This document shows, in pieces, positions 1-7,792 of a stretch of DNA of 54,215 nucleotides. This DNA comes from a virus (Duplodnaviria > Caudoviricetes). The notes under the pieces were generated by a model. The model searched no databases. It was not told where the DNA came from and was given only the letters and a program-made list of their open reading frames with translations. Position 1 is the stretch's first letter; each line of letters starts with the position of its first letter. Made by a program: the position numbers and the translations under genes. Where the stretch lies: positions 1-54,215 of the IMG/VR virus record IMGVR_UViG_3300044961_000053. One strand, 5' to 3'.

Positions 1-127
1 ATGTGGGAGTTATAGGGGTGCGGGTTGTTGGACGGCGCCCCGGCACTCCTCATGGTCCGCATAGGGGGCCGCCACCTAGTAGCCGTCAGCTCACCACCAG
101 CTCACCACCAGCTCACCACCAGCTCAC
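1..127. repeat. Terminal direct repeat, left copy (127 bp; probably assembler circular overlap)
   Basis: Identical to 54089-54215; length equals a common maximal k-mer (127). Confidence 0.95.
87..127. repeat. 11-bp tandem repeat CAGCTCACCAC, ~3.7 copies
   Basis: Units start at 87, 98, 109 and 120. Confidence 0.9.
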
Positions 128-306
128 ACACTGCGCAACACAAATCAGGAAACCGACTAGCTGCAATCCATGCGTGCAATAGAATGCGTGGTCCATGTTA
201 CATGTAACAAACGCGAGGCAATAAAAAACGCGGACAATGCCGCGTTATCAAATCATGCAATCAAGTTCTGTGGCAATGTAATAATGCATTAGTACAAAAA
301 GGCAGC

Positions 307-340
307 AAAAAGGCTAGGGCTCCATTCGGAGCCCTAGCCT
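307..340 (-). terminator. Intrinsic terminator for the 369-767 gene
   Basis: Perfect 13-bp stem AGGCTAGGGCTCC/GGAGCCCTAGCCT with a 4-nt loop; the A-run at 307-311 gives a U-tract on the - strand. Confidence 0.85.
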
Positions 341-368
341 ATGGCGGAAAGCGCTCCCGTAAGACAGC

Positions 369-767
369 CTAGCGCGTCCACGGACGCGCAATGCGCCTAT
401 CATCCTTCTTGGCAACCGACTGCGGCGGCGGCTCCGGAATATCGCCACCACGGAGCAAGTACAACGCGACCGCTGCGCAAGCCTTGTCAGCGCGCGCGGC
501 CTTTTCGGGGTTCAACAAGCCACGCCCGGTAGGCCAGACTTCCGGATACCCGTCGGCGTCGGGCGCCGCGGCGACCTTGATGGCAACCCTGAACAGGTCG
601 CCACTGTCGAGCAAGGCCCATTCCTTCATGCGGGGACCAGCCCAGAAAGAATAGACATCGCCCTGCGCGCTAGCGTCTTTCAGGACGTTAGCGTGGACGA
701 GTGCGGACAGGTTCGCAGCAAGGCGCGCTTTCGTGAGTTTCGCATTTTTCGTGAGTTTCGCATTCAT
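369..767 (-). CDS. Hypothetical protein (132 aa), stand-alone probable early gene
   Basis: AAGGAG Shine-Dalgarno upstream of ATG, own promoter and terminator, GC-rich codons. Confidence 0.8.
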   Translation of the reverse strand: MNAKLTKNAKLTKARLAANLSALVHANVLKDASAQGDVYSFWAGPRMKEWALLDSGDLFRVAIKVAAAPDADGYPEVWPTGRGLLNPEKAARADKACAAVALYLLRGGDIPEPPPQSVAKKDDRRIARPWTR

Positions 768-826
768 GTCTCGTGACTCCTTGAATGGAATGCCCCGGAT
801 CGGAAGTGATCCAGCCGGCGAAGCGA

Positions 827-854
827 ACTATAGCGCAACCCTGCAAACCGTCAA
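827..854 (-). promoter_or_regulatory. Sigma70-like promoter TTGACG-N16-TATAGT
   Basis: Read on the - strand ~60 nt upstream of the ATG at 767. Confidence 0.65.
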
Positions 855-1032
855 CCCTTCGATCAACCTTCGTTTAAGTTTCGTTCAGGAAACCTCGCGC
901 CTAGCACATAAAACCTGAACAAGCGCTGAATATCCGAAGTCCTGGTGCAGCAGCGTTTAGCCGCCGTTCAGGTTGCATTTATCGCTTATCCGTCATCGCA
1001 CTATGCGATTTAGAGCCCTATATTCGGAGTTT

Positions 1033-1093
1033 AAGCGAGACTATACGGCGAAGTTAGCCCATATGAGTATTGAAGCGAGACTATACGGCGAAG
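1033..1093. repeat. 21-bp direct repeat AAGCGAGACTATACGGCGAAG (two copies, 40-bp period)
   Basis: Exact copies at 1033-1053 and 1073-1093. Confidence 0.9.
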
Positions 1094-1189
1094 CCGCGAA
1101 ATGAATGCGGAAATCTTCCGTAAAATCAGTTTCTCTATTATCAAACTTAACGCGAGCCAACAGCGTCAGCGCTTGCTCCACCCTAGGCA

Positions 1190-1500
1190 TCGTTGTAACA
1201 TTTATGTCTGTGACGGATTGTTACTTCGTTATGGTTACACTCTGTACCGAAGTGAGTGAGCAGGGACGCGGGCTACAGCTGTAATGTAATACAAACTGTA
1301 ATAGTTTCGGAATTCAGCTTATATTCAGGTTCTTTTAGAAACACCTATTCCCCACACCCCTATATATATATATATATATATATACTAAAGATATTACAAC
1401 CCTATAGTTATTACAGCCTCTCGTGGGCTCTCTCACGAGCCCCTCCCGAACACCTGCACGTAACTGAATCCTCTCTGACTCCATATTATTACACTCTCTC
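1190..1500. other. Putative replication origin: (TA)12 tract flanked by inverted TGTAA/TTACA boxes
   Basis: Non-coding; TA run 1361-1384; boxes arranged symmetrically about ~1347. Confidence 0.55.
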
Positions 1501-1823
1501 CTAGGCCACTCCTAGTGCTGATGCGCTCTCCAAAGCGACCTGAACGCCCGTTCAGCTGGCTTATCTCTCCATTTACACGCAACTATTTACATATCGTAAC
1601 TTAACGCACAAAAACAAAATACACGCGCGCGCGTGCACACGCGCACGACGCCAGCCTTCGGCTGGCGTTCAGCTTCCGTTCAGAAACCTCGTGCGATGCT
1701 TCTCGCCGCGGACCGCCCCGCATATAAAAACCGATGCCCATTGGCGGCAATGGGCTTACAAGGAGTAGCAAAAGTGGACACATACGAAATCTTCACGTTC
1801 TTCACCTACAGCAAGGAGCACGA

Positions 1824-2225
1824 ATGAAAACTCTGGTCCTTCTTCGTGGGCTTCCCGGTTCTGGGAAGACCACGCTTGCTCAAACCCTCTGTAAGCCCAA
1901 CGCAAGTTGGACTTTCTCTGAGGCCGATAGCTATTTCGGCATCGGCCCTTTCTACAGGTTTGACCCCAAGAAGCTCCCTGATGCGCACAAGGCGTGTCAG
2001 GAAGCGGTCCTGTCGGCGTTTCGCCGACAGGACTGTGATGTAGTTTTTGTAACGAATACTTCCTCCACCGAGGAGGAAGTCGAAGTCTATCGGCGCATTG
2101 CCGATGAAGTGGGAGCGACCTTTGTGTCGCTCATTGTCGAAAATCGGCACGGAAACAAATCCGTGCATGGTGTGCCGGAGCGTACGATTGAGCGTATGCT
2201 TCGGCGATTTTCTGTCAAACTCTAA
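1824..2225 (+). CDS. P-loop nucleotide/polynucleotide kinase (AAA_33-like)
   Basis: LRGLPGSGKTT Walker A, EADSYF, AHxxCQ, HGVPxxxIxRM; start reset to the ATG at 1824 behind AAGGAG. Confidence 0.85.
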   Translation: MKTLVLLRGLPGSGKTTLAQTLCKPNASWTFSEADSYFGIGPFYRFDPKKLPDAHKACQEAVLSAFRRQDCDVVFVTNTSSTEEEVEVYRRIADEVGATFVSLIVENRHGNKSVHGVPERTIERMLRRFSVKL

Positions 2226-2234
2226 GGAGGTCAC

Positions 2235-2405
2235 ATGAGCGTCTACTACACTGACAACGGATACGAAAACCGCGAGGATTACTTGCGGTCTTTGGCCGAA
2301 GATTTTGGCATTGACGAATCGATTGTTTTTGCAATGGCCGATTTGCTTGGTCCTAATGAGGACTTCGACGGACTCATTACCATGTTGGAGGATTACTATG
2401 GTTGA
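2235..2405 (+). CDS. Small acidic hypothetical protein (56 aa; below the ORF-track cutoff)
   Basis: AAGGAGG SD; translates to MSVYYTDNGYENREDYLRSLAEDFGIDESIVFAMADLLGPNEDFDGLITMLEDYYG. Confidence 0.8.
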   Translation: MSVYYTDNGYENREDYLRSLAEDFGIDESIVFAMADLLGPNEDFDGLITMLEDYYG

Positions 2406-2517
2406 TAGTATCCTCCTTTTCATTTTAGAAGCGGCAAGAGCCCTTTGGGCTCTTGCCGATGTCATTTTCGTTTTGAGCATCCTGATTTGGATGCTTTTCA
2501 ACCTAGAGGAGTGGTAA
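2398..2517 (+). CDS. Small membrane protein (39 aa)
   Basis: GGAGG SD, hydrophobic sequence MVDSILLFIL...VIFVLSILIWMLF, stop abuts the next ATG. Confidence 0.65.
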   Translation: MVDSILLFILEAARALWALADVIFVLSILIWMLFNLEEW

Positions 2518-2715
2518 ATGAACCGCGTTATTAACTATGTCATTGTTCCGTCCAAAGGAATGCAGGTATTAGGAACCTATCTTTCGCTTAACGAAGCGAG
2601 AGACGCGGCCAAGAAACTGGCCGCGCTTGAAGCGGCTGATGAAAACTCATACTATGTGTATGAGTTAAAGGCACGGTTTATGTGCCAAAAAACCGTAAAG
2701 GAGGCGCTTAGATGA
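2518..2715 (+). CDS. Hypothetical protein (65 aa)
   Basis: GAGGAG SD, TAA-ATG and ATGA coupling. Confidence 0.75.
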   Translation: MNRVINYVIVPSKGMQVLGTYLSLNEARDAAKKLAALEAADENSYYVYELKARFMCQKTVKEALR

Positions 2716-3068
2716 AGACTTCATACCGCGACGCTGTTACGTGTTTTGTTATGGGGCGCCCTTATAAGGGAGCTTCCGCGTGCCATTCTGGCGGCGCAAC
2801 GTTGTTTTCTTACAGTACTGCTATTGCAGTACGATGTAATGACGGCTTGTTCGTAATAAATACCACGCAATACAGTAGAACAACCAGCAAGCACCAGAAC
2901 AAGGCGACTGCGGCTATACGCAATCATAGCCCTGAACTCATAATCGAAGTAGATAATATTCCTAGAGGAGCGGATCGTGGTGATTTGCTTATAGCGGCGC
3001 GGACAAAAGTCCGCAAAATAAACGACCCGCATTTGGATACAAATGCGGTTCTGAAAGACCTCTGGTAA
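2712..3068 (+). CDS. Conserved phage early hypothetical protein (118 aa)
   Basis: LFSYxTxIA...YSxTTSKHQ motif typical of phage early genes; ATGA overlap. Confidence 0.75.
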   Translation: MKTSYRDAVTCFVMGRPYKGASACHSGGATLFSYSTAIAVRCNDGLFVINTTQYSRTTSKHQNKATAAIRNHSPELIIEVDNIPRGADRGDLLIAARTKVRKINDPHLDTNAVLKDLW

Positions 3069-3277
3069 TCACCGTGTTATTCTTAGACATTCTGGACGCA
3101 CTGAAGTACGGTGCGTCCGTGTCAGACTACAGGGCAACGCTTCTGTCAGACGGTAAAACCGTCTACAATACCAACATAAGAAAATAAAACGCCCACTGTT
3201 GGGTGGTCTAAAAGACTGCGAAGTAGGGTACTATACTTCGCTTATAGTAAAATGCCCGGTGAAAAATAGGAGGTGTC

Positions 3278-3337
3278 ATGTTGCGCTTAGATGTTGAATA
3301 CGCGGCGTCGTTCACGGTCGGTTCAGCCGAGCCGTGA
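3278..3337 (+). CDS. Possible micro-ORF (19 aa)
   Basis: Strong AGGAGGTG SD before ATG; MLRLDVEYAASFTVGSAEP. Confidence 0.3.
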   Translation: MLRLDVEYAASFTVGSAEP

Positions 3338-3384
3338 GAGCATGCCGTCGTGATCGGTCCTCACAACTTTCAAGGAGAAACGAC

Positions 3385-3489
3385 ATGGTGGTTTCTGTGG
3401 TTATTTACAATATTGAAGAAGCAGCCGACAGGCTGTCAGACCTTTATGGGTACTGCATCTATTCGTTCAACTACGTGATTCGGAGGTAA
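3385..3489 (+). CDS. Small hypothetical protein (34 aa)
   Basis: AAGGAG SD; ends 4 nt before the ATPase start. Confidence 0.5.
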   Translation: MVVSVVIYNIEEAADRLSDLYGYCIYSFNYVIRR

Positions 3490-3493
3490 AGCC

Positions 3494-4558
3494 GTGCTTT
3501 CAGACATCACTGGTGTGAGTGTTTTGACTGACCGCATTATGACTGCGGTCAATGCACGCAAGTCTCTGATTATTCAGGGACCGAACGGTGTGGGTAAGAC
3601 CAGTGCCGTTCATCAGGTGGCTCGCAAACTGAGTCGGCATGTCGAAGTGTTTCTCGGCCCTTCGATTCATCCGGAGACTTTCGGCATGAACGTGCCGAAT
3701 AGAGACTTCGATTCGTTTCGATACGTGTGGTCAGAACGCTTCGTCAGTGTTCCCGAGAATACGATCTTTCTGATTGACGAGTTTTCGTTCATGCCTCCGA
3801 CAGTGCAAGCGCTGTTGGGCGAGGCGGTACTTTCACACAGCATTCAAGGCCGACCGTTGCCTCATGGCACGGTATTCATTCTGACTGCAAACCGACTTGG
3901 TGATACGGCAGGCGTCAACGCCATTAGCCGGCTCATCAACACTCGATGCCCAACGGTCACATACTATGGTCCGACTGACGAGGAGTTCGTCGGTTCGGAT
4001 AAAATGCCGGGATATTTGGCCACGCATGGCCATCCGGCGATCAATACTGCTTTGCAGTATAATCCCGGACTCATTCACTTTCTTAAGGGAGAATATCCCA
4101 AGCAGGAACAGACAGCTGATAAACTGCCTACTCATCGTGGATGGGTGGAATGCAGTGCAGAACTTCGCGCTGCCGAAGAACTTTACAATGACGGCGCTAT
4201 TTCGTCGATTAATCGACTGGCGATTCTTGCCAGTCACGTCGGCGACAAAGCCGCCGCAAAGTGTGAAGTCATCGTGAGACTCTGGCAAGACCTGCCGGAC
4301 TTTAATAAGATGACTTCACAAAAACTTGGCACTATGGAAGTGCCGAAAAATCCGGTTGTTCGCAGTCTGATTATTAGTCAGGTTGCGGATGTTGCCAAGG
4401 AAGGCTTAATCGCTCACCTTGACCCGCTGATTTCTCGGTTTCCTGCCGAGGAACAAAAGGTTATGTGGGTTCGACTGCTGGAGAAGTCCTCACACTTTGC
4501 TAGCACAAGTGCGTACCAGAAGTTTTCTTCTGGTACAGGTAAGTTCCTTAACTCTTAA
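3494..4558 (+). CDS. MoxR-like AAA+ ATPase
   Basis: GPNGVGKT Walker A, FLIDEF Walker B, TANR sensor, Arg finger; GGAGG SD before GTG. Confidence 0.85.
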   Translation: MLSDITGVSVLTDRIMTAVNARKSLIIQGPNGVGKTSAVHQVARKLSRHVEVFLGPSIHPETFGMNVPNRDFDSFRYVWSERFVSVPENTIFLIDEFSFMPPTVQALLGEAVLSHSIQGRPLPHGTVFILTANRLGDTAGVNAISRLINTRCPTVTYYGPTDEEFVGSDKMPGYLATHGHPAINTALQYNPGLIHFLKGEYPKQEQTADKLPTHRGWVECSAELRAAEELYNDGAISSINRLAILASHVGDKAAAKCEVIVRLWQDLPDFNKMTSQKLGTMEVPKNPVVRSLIISQVADVAKEGLIAHLDPLISRFPAEEQKVMWVRLLEKSSHFASTSAYQKFSSGTGKFLNS

Positions 4559-4572
4559 TAGGAGAAACAGCA

Positions 4573-4908
4573 ATGCTGAATCTTGCAAACATTCAGACTT
4601 CGGACACTCTTGAAAGCCTCGATCTCGGCGATCCGACTATCGGAGAATCGATTTGGATTTACACTGATCGGTTCTTCTATATCGGCCGCTTTCGTGGTCG
4701 CTCCAAGGATGGAGAGTTCTGGGTTCTCGATCGCGCTTCCATGGTCATTCAAATGGGTGTCATAACTGACGCCATGGTGGATGGCAACAAGGCGCTGCAC
4801 GAAGTTCACCCGTTCGCGACTCCGTTTGTCGCGATTCGGTATAGCTCGGTTGTTGGATGGCATTACTACAGCCACCCGCTGCCCGAAAAGGCGATCACCA
4901 AGGGCTAA
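4573..4908 (+). CDS. Hypothetical small beta-rich protein (111 aa)
   Basis: AGGAG SD; lies between the ATPase and VWA genes. Confidence 0.75.
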   Translation: MLNLANIQTSDTLESLDLGDPTIGESIWIYTDRFFYIGRFRGRSKDGEFWVLDRASMVIQMGVITDAMVDGNKALHEVHPFATPFVAIRYSSVVGWHYYSHPLPEKAITKG

Positions 4909-4917
4909 TGTTGCAAG

Positions 4918-4957
4918 GCACGGAGCGGCTACATAGCCGCTCCGTGCTCACTTTTTC
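4918..4957 (+). terminator. 13-bp hairpin, probable terminator or processing site
   Basis: GCACGGAGCGGCT-ACAT-AGCCGCTCCGTGC followed by TCACTTTTT. Confidence 0.65.
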
Positions 4958-4968
4958 AAGGGGTCAAC

Positions 4969-6096
4969 ATGTTCGGACCATTTACACGAGTCCTATTTGA
5001 GATTCTCAATCGCAATCCGATTATTTACGGATTTGTAAAGATTCTTCCGATTGAGTTCTCGAACGACGTTCCTCCTGCTGCGGCAGCAAGTACGGACGGG
5101 CGCAGGATTAAGATCAATCCGGATGTATGGAACACGCTCGATATTGCTTCGCAAGCCTTTGTGCTGGCACATGAAGCCATGCACTTGGCATGGGATTTCT
5201 TTGGTCGCGTTCAAGGACGCGACGTTCACAAGTTCAACATTGCGCAGGATCTTGTGATTAATGAGTTTCTGCGTGACAATGGATTTAACTGTAGAGCCCT
5301 TAGCCGCTCGATTACCGCTAGGACTTTTCCCAAGATGAGGTTTGATCCCCAATCTTGGACGAGTGAACGAGTCTATCAGTGGCTTGTCGATAACCCTGAC
5401 AAGTGCCCTTTGCCCGGGCAAAATATACTTGACGGTTGTGGACAACCGTCAGCAGAAAAGCCGCTGACTTCCGAAGAAATTCAAGAACTTCGGCTAGCAA
5501 TTCAGTCGGTGCTTGTTGGAGCACCTGCTGGCAGTTTGCCGGGCGAGATCCGAACACTTGTCGAATCCGCTTGGGTGCCGCCGCATGACTGGCGGTCCGA
5601 CCTGTCGCGGTACTTCAACACGCTCGTTCAGGATGACTACAGCCTGAAACGGTACAGTGTGCAGGGGCTTGCCGTTCGCGGTGTCATCGGCCCAACGCTG
5701 CACAGTCCGGGACTCGACACACTCGGCGTCATCATCGATACTAGCGGGTCCATGTCAAGTATCTATGACGAAGTGCTGAGCCATCTGCAAGATATTCTGA
5801 CGCAGGTTGGTGTTCGCAAAGTAATCAGAATCGACGCCGATGCGAGAGTGACACATGAGGAAGAAGTGGAATCTTCTGCACTGCTTGAGCGCGGTGTGGA
5901 GTTTCATGGAAACGGTGGAACAGATTTTCGAGAAGCCATTGACGCTATGGAGAAATATAACCCTAGCGTTGTGGTTTATATCACTGATGGTGAGGGAGGG
6001 TTTCCGTCAAGTCCTCCAACGTATCCGCTAGTTTGGGCGGACGTGTCTGGGCATAGTAGCTACCCCTTCGGCGACGTTGTGCGCTGTAAGGAGTGA
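4969..6096 (+). CDS. DUF2201-like metallopeptidase plus VWA domain protein
   Basis: STDG, AHEAMH (HExxH), NIAQDLVIN; MIDAS DTSGS, GGTDF, ITDG. Confidence 0.88.
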   Translation: MFGPFTRVLFEILNRNPIIYGFVKILPIEFSNDVPPAAAASTDGRRIKINPDVWNTLDIASQAFVLAHEAMHLAWDFFGRVQGRDVHKFNIAQDLVINEFLRDNGFNCRALSRSITARTFPKMRFDPQSWTSERVYQWLVDNPDKCPLPGQNILDGCGQPSAEKPLTSEEIQELRLAIQSVLVGAPAGSLPGEIRTLVESAWVPPHDWRSDLSRYFNTLVQDDYSLKRYSVQGLAVRGVIGPTLHSPGLDTLGVIIDTSGSMSSIYDEVLSHLQDILTQVGVRKVIRIDADARVTHEEEVESSALLERGVEFHGNGGTDFREAIDAMEKYNPSVVVYITDGEGGFPSSPPTYPLVWADVSGHSSYPFGDVVRCKE

Positions 6097-6332
6097 GTAT
6101 GTACTTCGGTGGTGGAAGTGAGTTCACTTTATTCCGTAAAGACGATGCGCGTGTATTACGTTTTTTCGCTCATCGAACTCGTGTAAGAAAATCTTACACA
6201 TTGCCAAAGGTAAATAATAAAGTGATACTTTCTGCTATCATAGTAAAGATAGGCCCCGCACAAGTTAATTCACTAAATTCCATCACTATGATTAACGCCT
6301 CGATTTATAGCCTAGTTCATAGGGGCCTATAG
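6093..6332 (+). CDS. Small basic hypothetical protein (77-79 aa)
   Basis: AAGGAG SD (GTG at 6093 or ATG at 6099); stop codon lies inside tRNA-Ile2. Confidence 0.5.
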   Translation: MSMYFGGGSEFTLFRKDDARVLRFFAHRTRVRKSYTLPKVNNKVILSAIIVKIGPAQVNSLNSITMINASIYSLVHRGL

Positions 6333-6399
6333 CTCAAGAGGTTAGAGCAGCCGCCTCATAAGCGGTTGGTTCTCGGTTCAAATCCGAGTAGGCCCACCA
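6323..6399 (+). tRNA. tRNA-Ile2 (CAT anticodon, lysidine type); elongator Met not excluded
   Basis: Acceptor GGGCCTA/TAGGCCC with C4-G69 and C5-G68, anticodon arm GCCGC-CTCATAA-GCGGT, TTCAAAT T-loop, encoded CCA. Confidence 0.9.
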
Positions 6400-6414
6400 T
6401 AGTAAGGATTAATA

Positions 6415-6900
6415 ATGAACATTTTCATGCTTGACGAAACTCCAAATAAAGCGGCGCTTTATCATTGTGATAAGCACGTGCCGAAAATGATTCTCGAATC
6501 CGCGCAGTTACTCTCGACTGCGCATCGGTTGCTGAATGGAAGCGATCAAGTCTACAAGGCTGCGTATGTCAATCACCCATGTGCGATATGGGTGAGACAG
6601 TGTTCCGAAAACTACGAGTGGACGTATTATCTATTCATAGAACTTAATAAACAGTTTGTTAATAGGTTTGGTGGCAAAGACCACGCTTCATACGCAAAAC
6701 TTTCTGATATACTGTCAGTGCCACCACTAAATTTACCAAAAGGTTCGATGACTGATCCGGCACTTGCAATGCCGGACATTTACAAGATTCCACAAAAGCC
6801 TGTGGAATCCTACAGAAATTACTATAAGCAAGCTAAGACGTTTGCTACTTGGGACAGAATTTGTAAAGGCTGGACTCCAGATTGGTGGAACGATTTTTGA
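6415..6900 (+). CDS. Pyrimidine-dimer DNA glycosylase / endonuclease V-like protein
   Basis: MNIF...HCDKHVPKMILESAQLLSTAH...NHPCAIW...AMPD...YRNYY motifs. Confidence 0.8.
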   Translation: MNIFMLDETPNKAALYHCDKHVPKMILESAQLLSTAHRLLNGSDQVYKAAYVNHPCAIWVRQCSENYEWTYYLFIELNKQFVNRFGGKDHASYAKLSDILSVPPLNLPKGSMTDPALAMPDIYKIPQKPVESYRNYYKQAKTFATWDRICKGWTPDWWNDF

Positions 6901-6973
6901 GACCGTAGCTCAACGGTAGAGCAGTGGACTTTTAATCCATTGGTTGCGAGTTCGACTCTCGCCGGTCTCACCA
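6899..6973 (+). tRNA. tRNA-Lys (TTT)
   Basis: Acceptor GAGACCG/CGGTCTC, GTGGA-CTTTTAA-TCCAT, TTCGACT T-loop, CCA. Confidence 0.95.
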
Positions 6974-6974
6974 C

Positions 6975-7304
6975 AGGTGTGATATGATTCGTAAATACTC
7001 ACAGTCTCGAATTGTGTCAAAAGGACGCATATTTGATAACTTGTTTTTACATCAAATTAGGCGTGCTGGAATTCTTTTAGCGAGTGTCAGTTACTTAAGC
7101 CCTGACAAAAATAAGCGTGATTATGTAGTAAAATGCAACGTAAATAGGAAAACTTTCACTGGCGTAGAGAACGAATTTTAATATAAACTGAGTGATGTAT
7201 GCACCACAGAGTCGTAGAGCCAGAATGGACATATTCACTGTCTGAAATATGCGTCCTTTTGACACAATCCGAGACTGTGAGTATTTACGAATCATATCAC
7301 ACCT
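6975..7304. repeat. 60-bp inverted repeat (6975-7034 / 7245-7304), 59/60 identical
   Basis: Aligned manually; one mismatch; 210-bp spacer. Confidence 0.95.
6984..7181 (+). CDS. Small basic hypothetical protein (65 aa); first 17 codons lie in the inverted repeat
   Basis: AGGTG SD-like sequence before ATG. Confidence 0.45.
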   Translation: MIRKYSQSRIVSKGRIFDNLFLHQIRRAGILLASVSYLSPDKNKRDYVVKCNVNRKTFTGVENEF

Positions 7305-7492
7305 TTAGATGGTTTTGGTCAGCATCATTACGCTATTTTAAACATTTTGAACGTTCTACAATTTCCTTACAAATCTGGTGCCCAAAGCTAAGAGTATATA
7401 CTCCATTCAAAGCCTTTGAAACTTGCATTGTATCTGAACCTACTACAAAACTTAAAGACTACATAGGCACTCTCGGCATTAAAGTTTTATGA
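7199..7492 (+). CDS. Hypothetical protein (97 aa), paralog of the next ORF
   Basis: HRVVEPEWTYSLSE vs YRAVEPDGTLAVSD; KDYIGTLGI vs KEYVSITGV; ATGA coupling. Confidence 0.6.
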   Translation: MHHRVVEPEWTYSLSEICVLLTQSETVSIYESYHTFRWFWSASLRYFKHFERSTISLQIWCPKLRVYTPFKAFETCIVSEPTTKLKDYIGTLGIKVL

Positions 7493-7725
7493 TGTACTAT
7501 AGAGCTGTGGAGCCTGACGGAACCTTAGCAGTTAGTGATTGTAAATCACTTTGGCAGTCAGTTTTGGCTCAGCATACTAGACTCAGAATAGTACGACTTT
7601 TTTATCGCAGCGACTATGCTGCTACTATGTATGATGAAAGTTTTGTAGGTCGGTTTTCTACGACGTGTTTAAAAGATTGTAAAGAATATGTAAGCATCAC
7701 TGGAGTTTCCTTTGTGCCGCTATAG
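7489..7725 (+). CDS. Hypothetical protein (78 aa)
   Basis: Paralogous to the upstream ORF; stop codon lies inside tRNA-Arg. Confidence 0.6.
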   Translation: MMYYRAVEPDGTLAVSDCKSLWQSVLAQHTRLRIVRLFYRSDYAATMYDESFVGRFSTTCLKDCKEYVSITGVSFVPL

Positions 7726-7792
7726 CTCAATGGGATAGAGCAATGGATTTCTAATCCATTCGTTGTAGGTTTGAATCCTACTAGCGGCGCCA
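7716..7792 (+). tRNA. tRNA-Arg (TCT)
   Basis: Acceptor GCCGCTA/TAGCGGC, ATGGA-TTTCTAA-TCCAT, variant T-loop TTTGAAT, CCA. Confidence 0.92.

Noticed and set aside
1-127. Biological terminal repeat
   Set aside because: Exactly 127 bp matches an assembler k-mer overlap; it shows circular completeness, not physical ends
1033-1093. Mini CRISPR array
   Set aside because: Only two 21-bp copies with a 19-bp gap, no palindrome and no cas operon
1256-1827. ORF-track ORFs at 1256-1504, 1601-1783 and 1633-1827
   Set aside because: Low-complexity translations (YIYIYI, ARAR) with no SD; more likely regulatory DNA
3043-3297. Stop-codon recoding or read-through gene
   Set aside because: The frame has both a TGA and a TAA; all conserved genes are intact in the standard code and there is no suppressor tRNA
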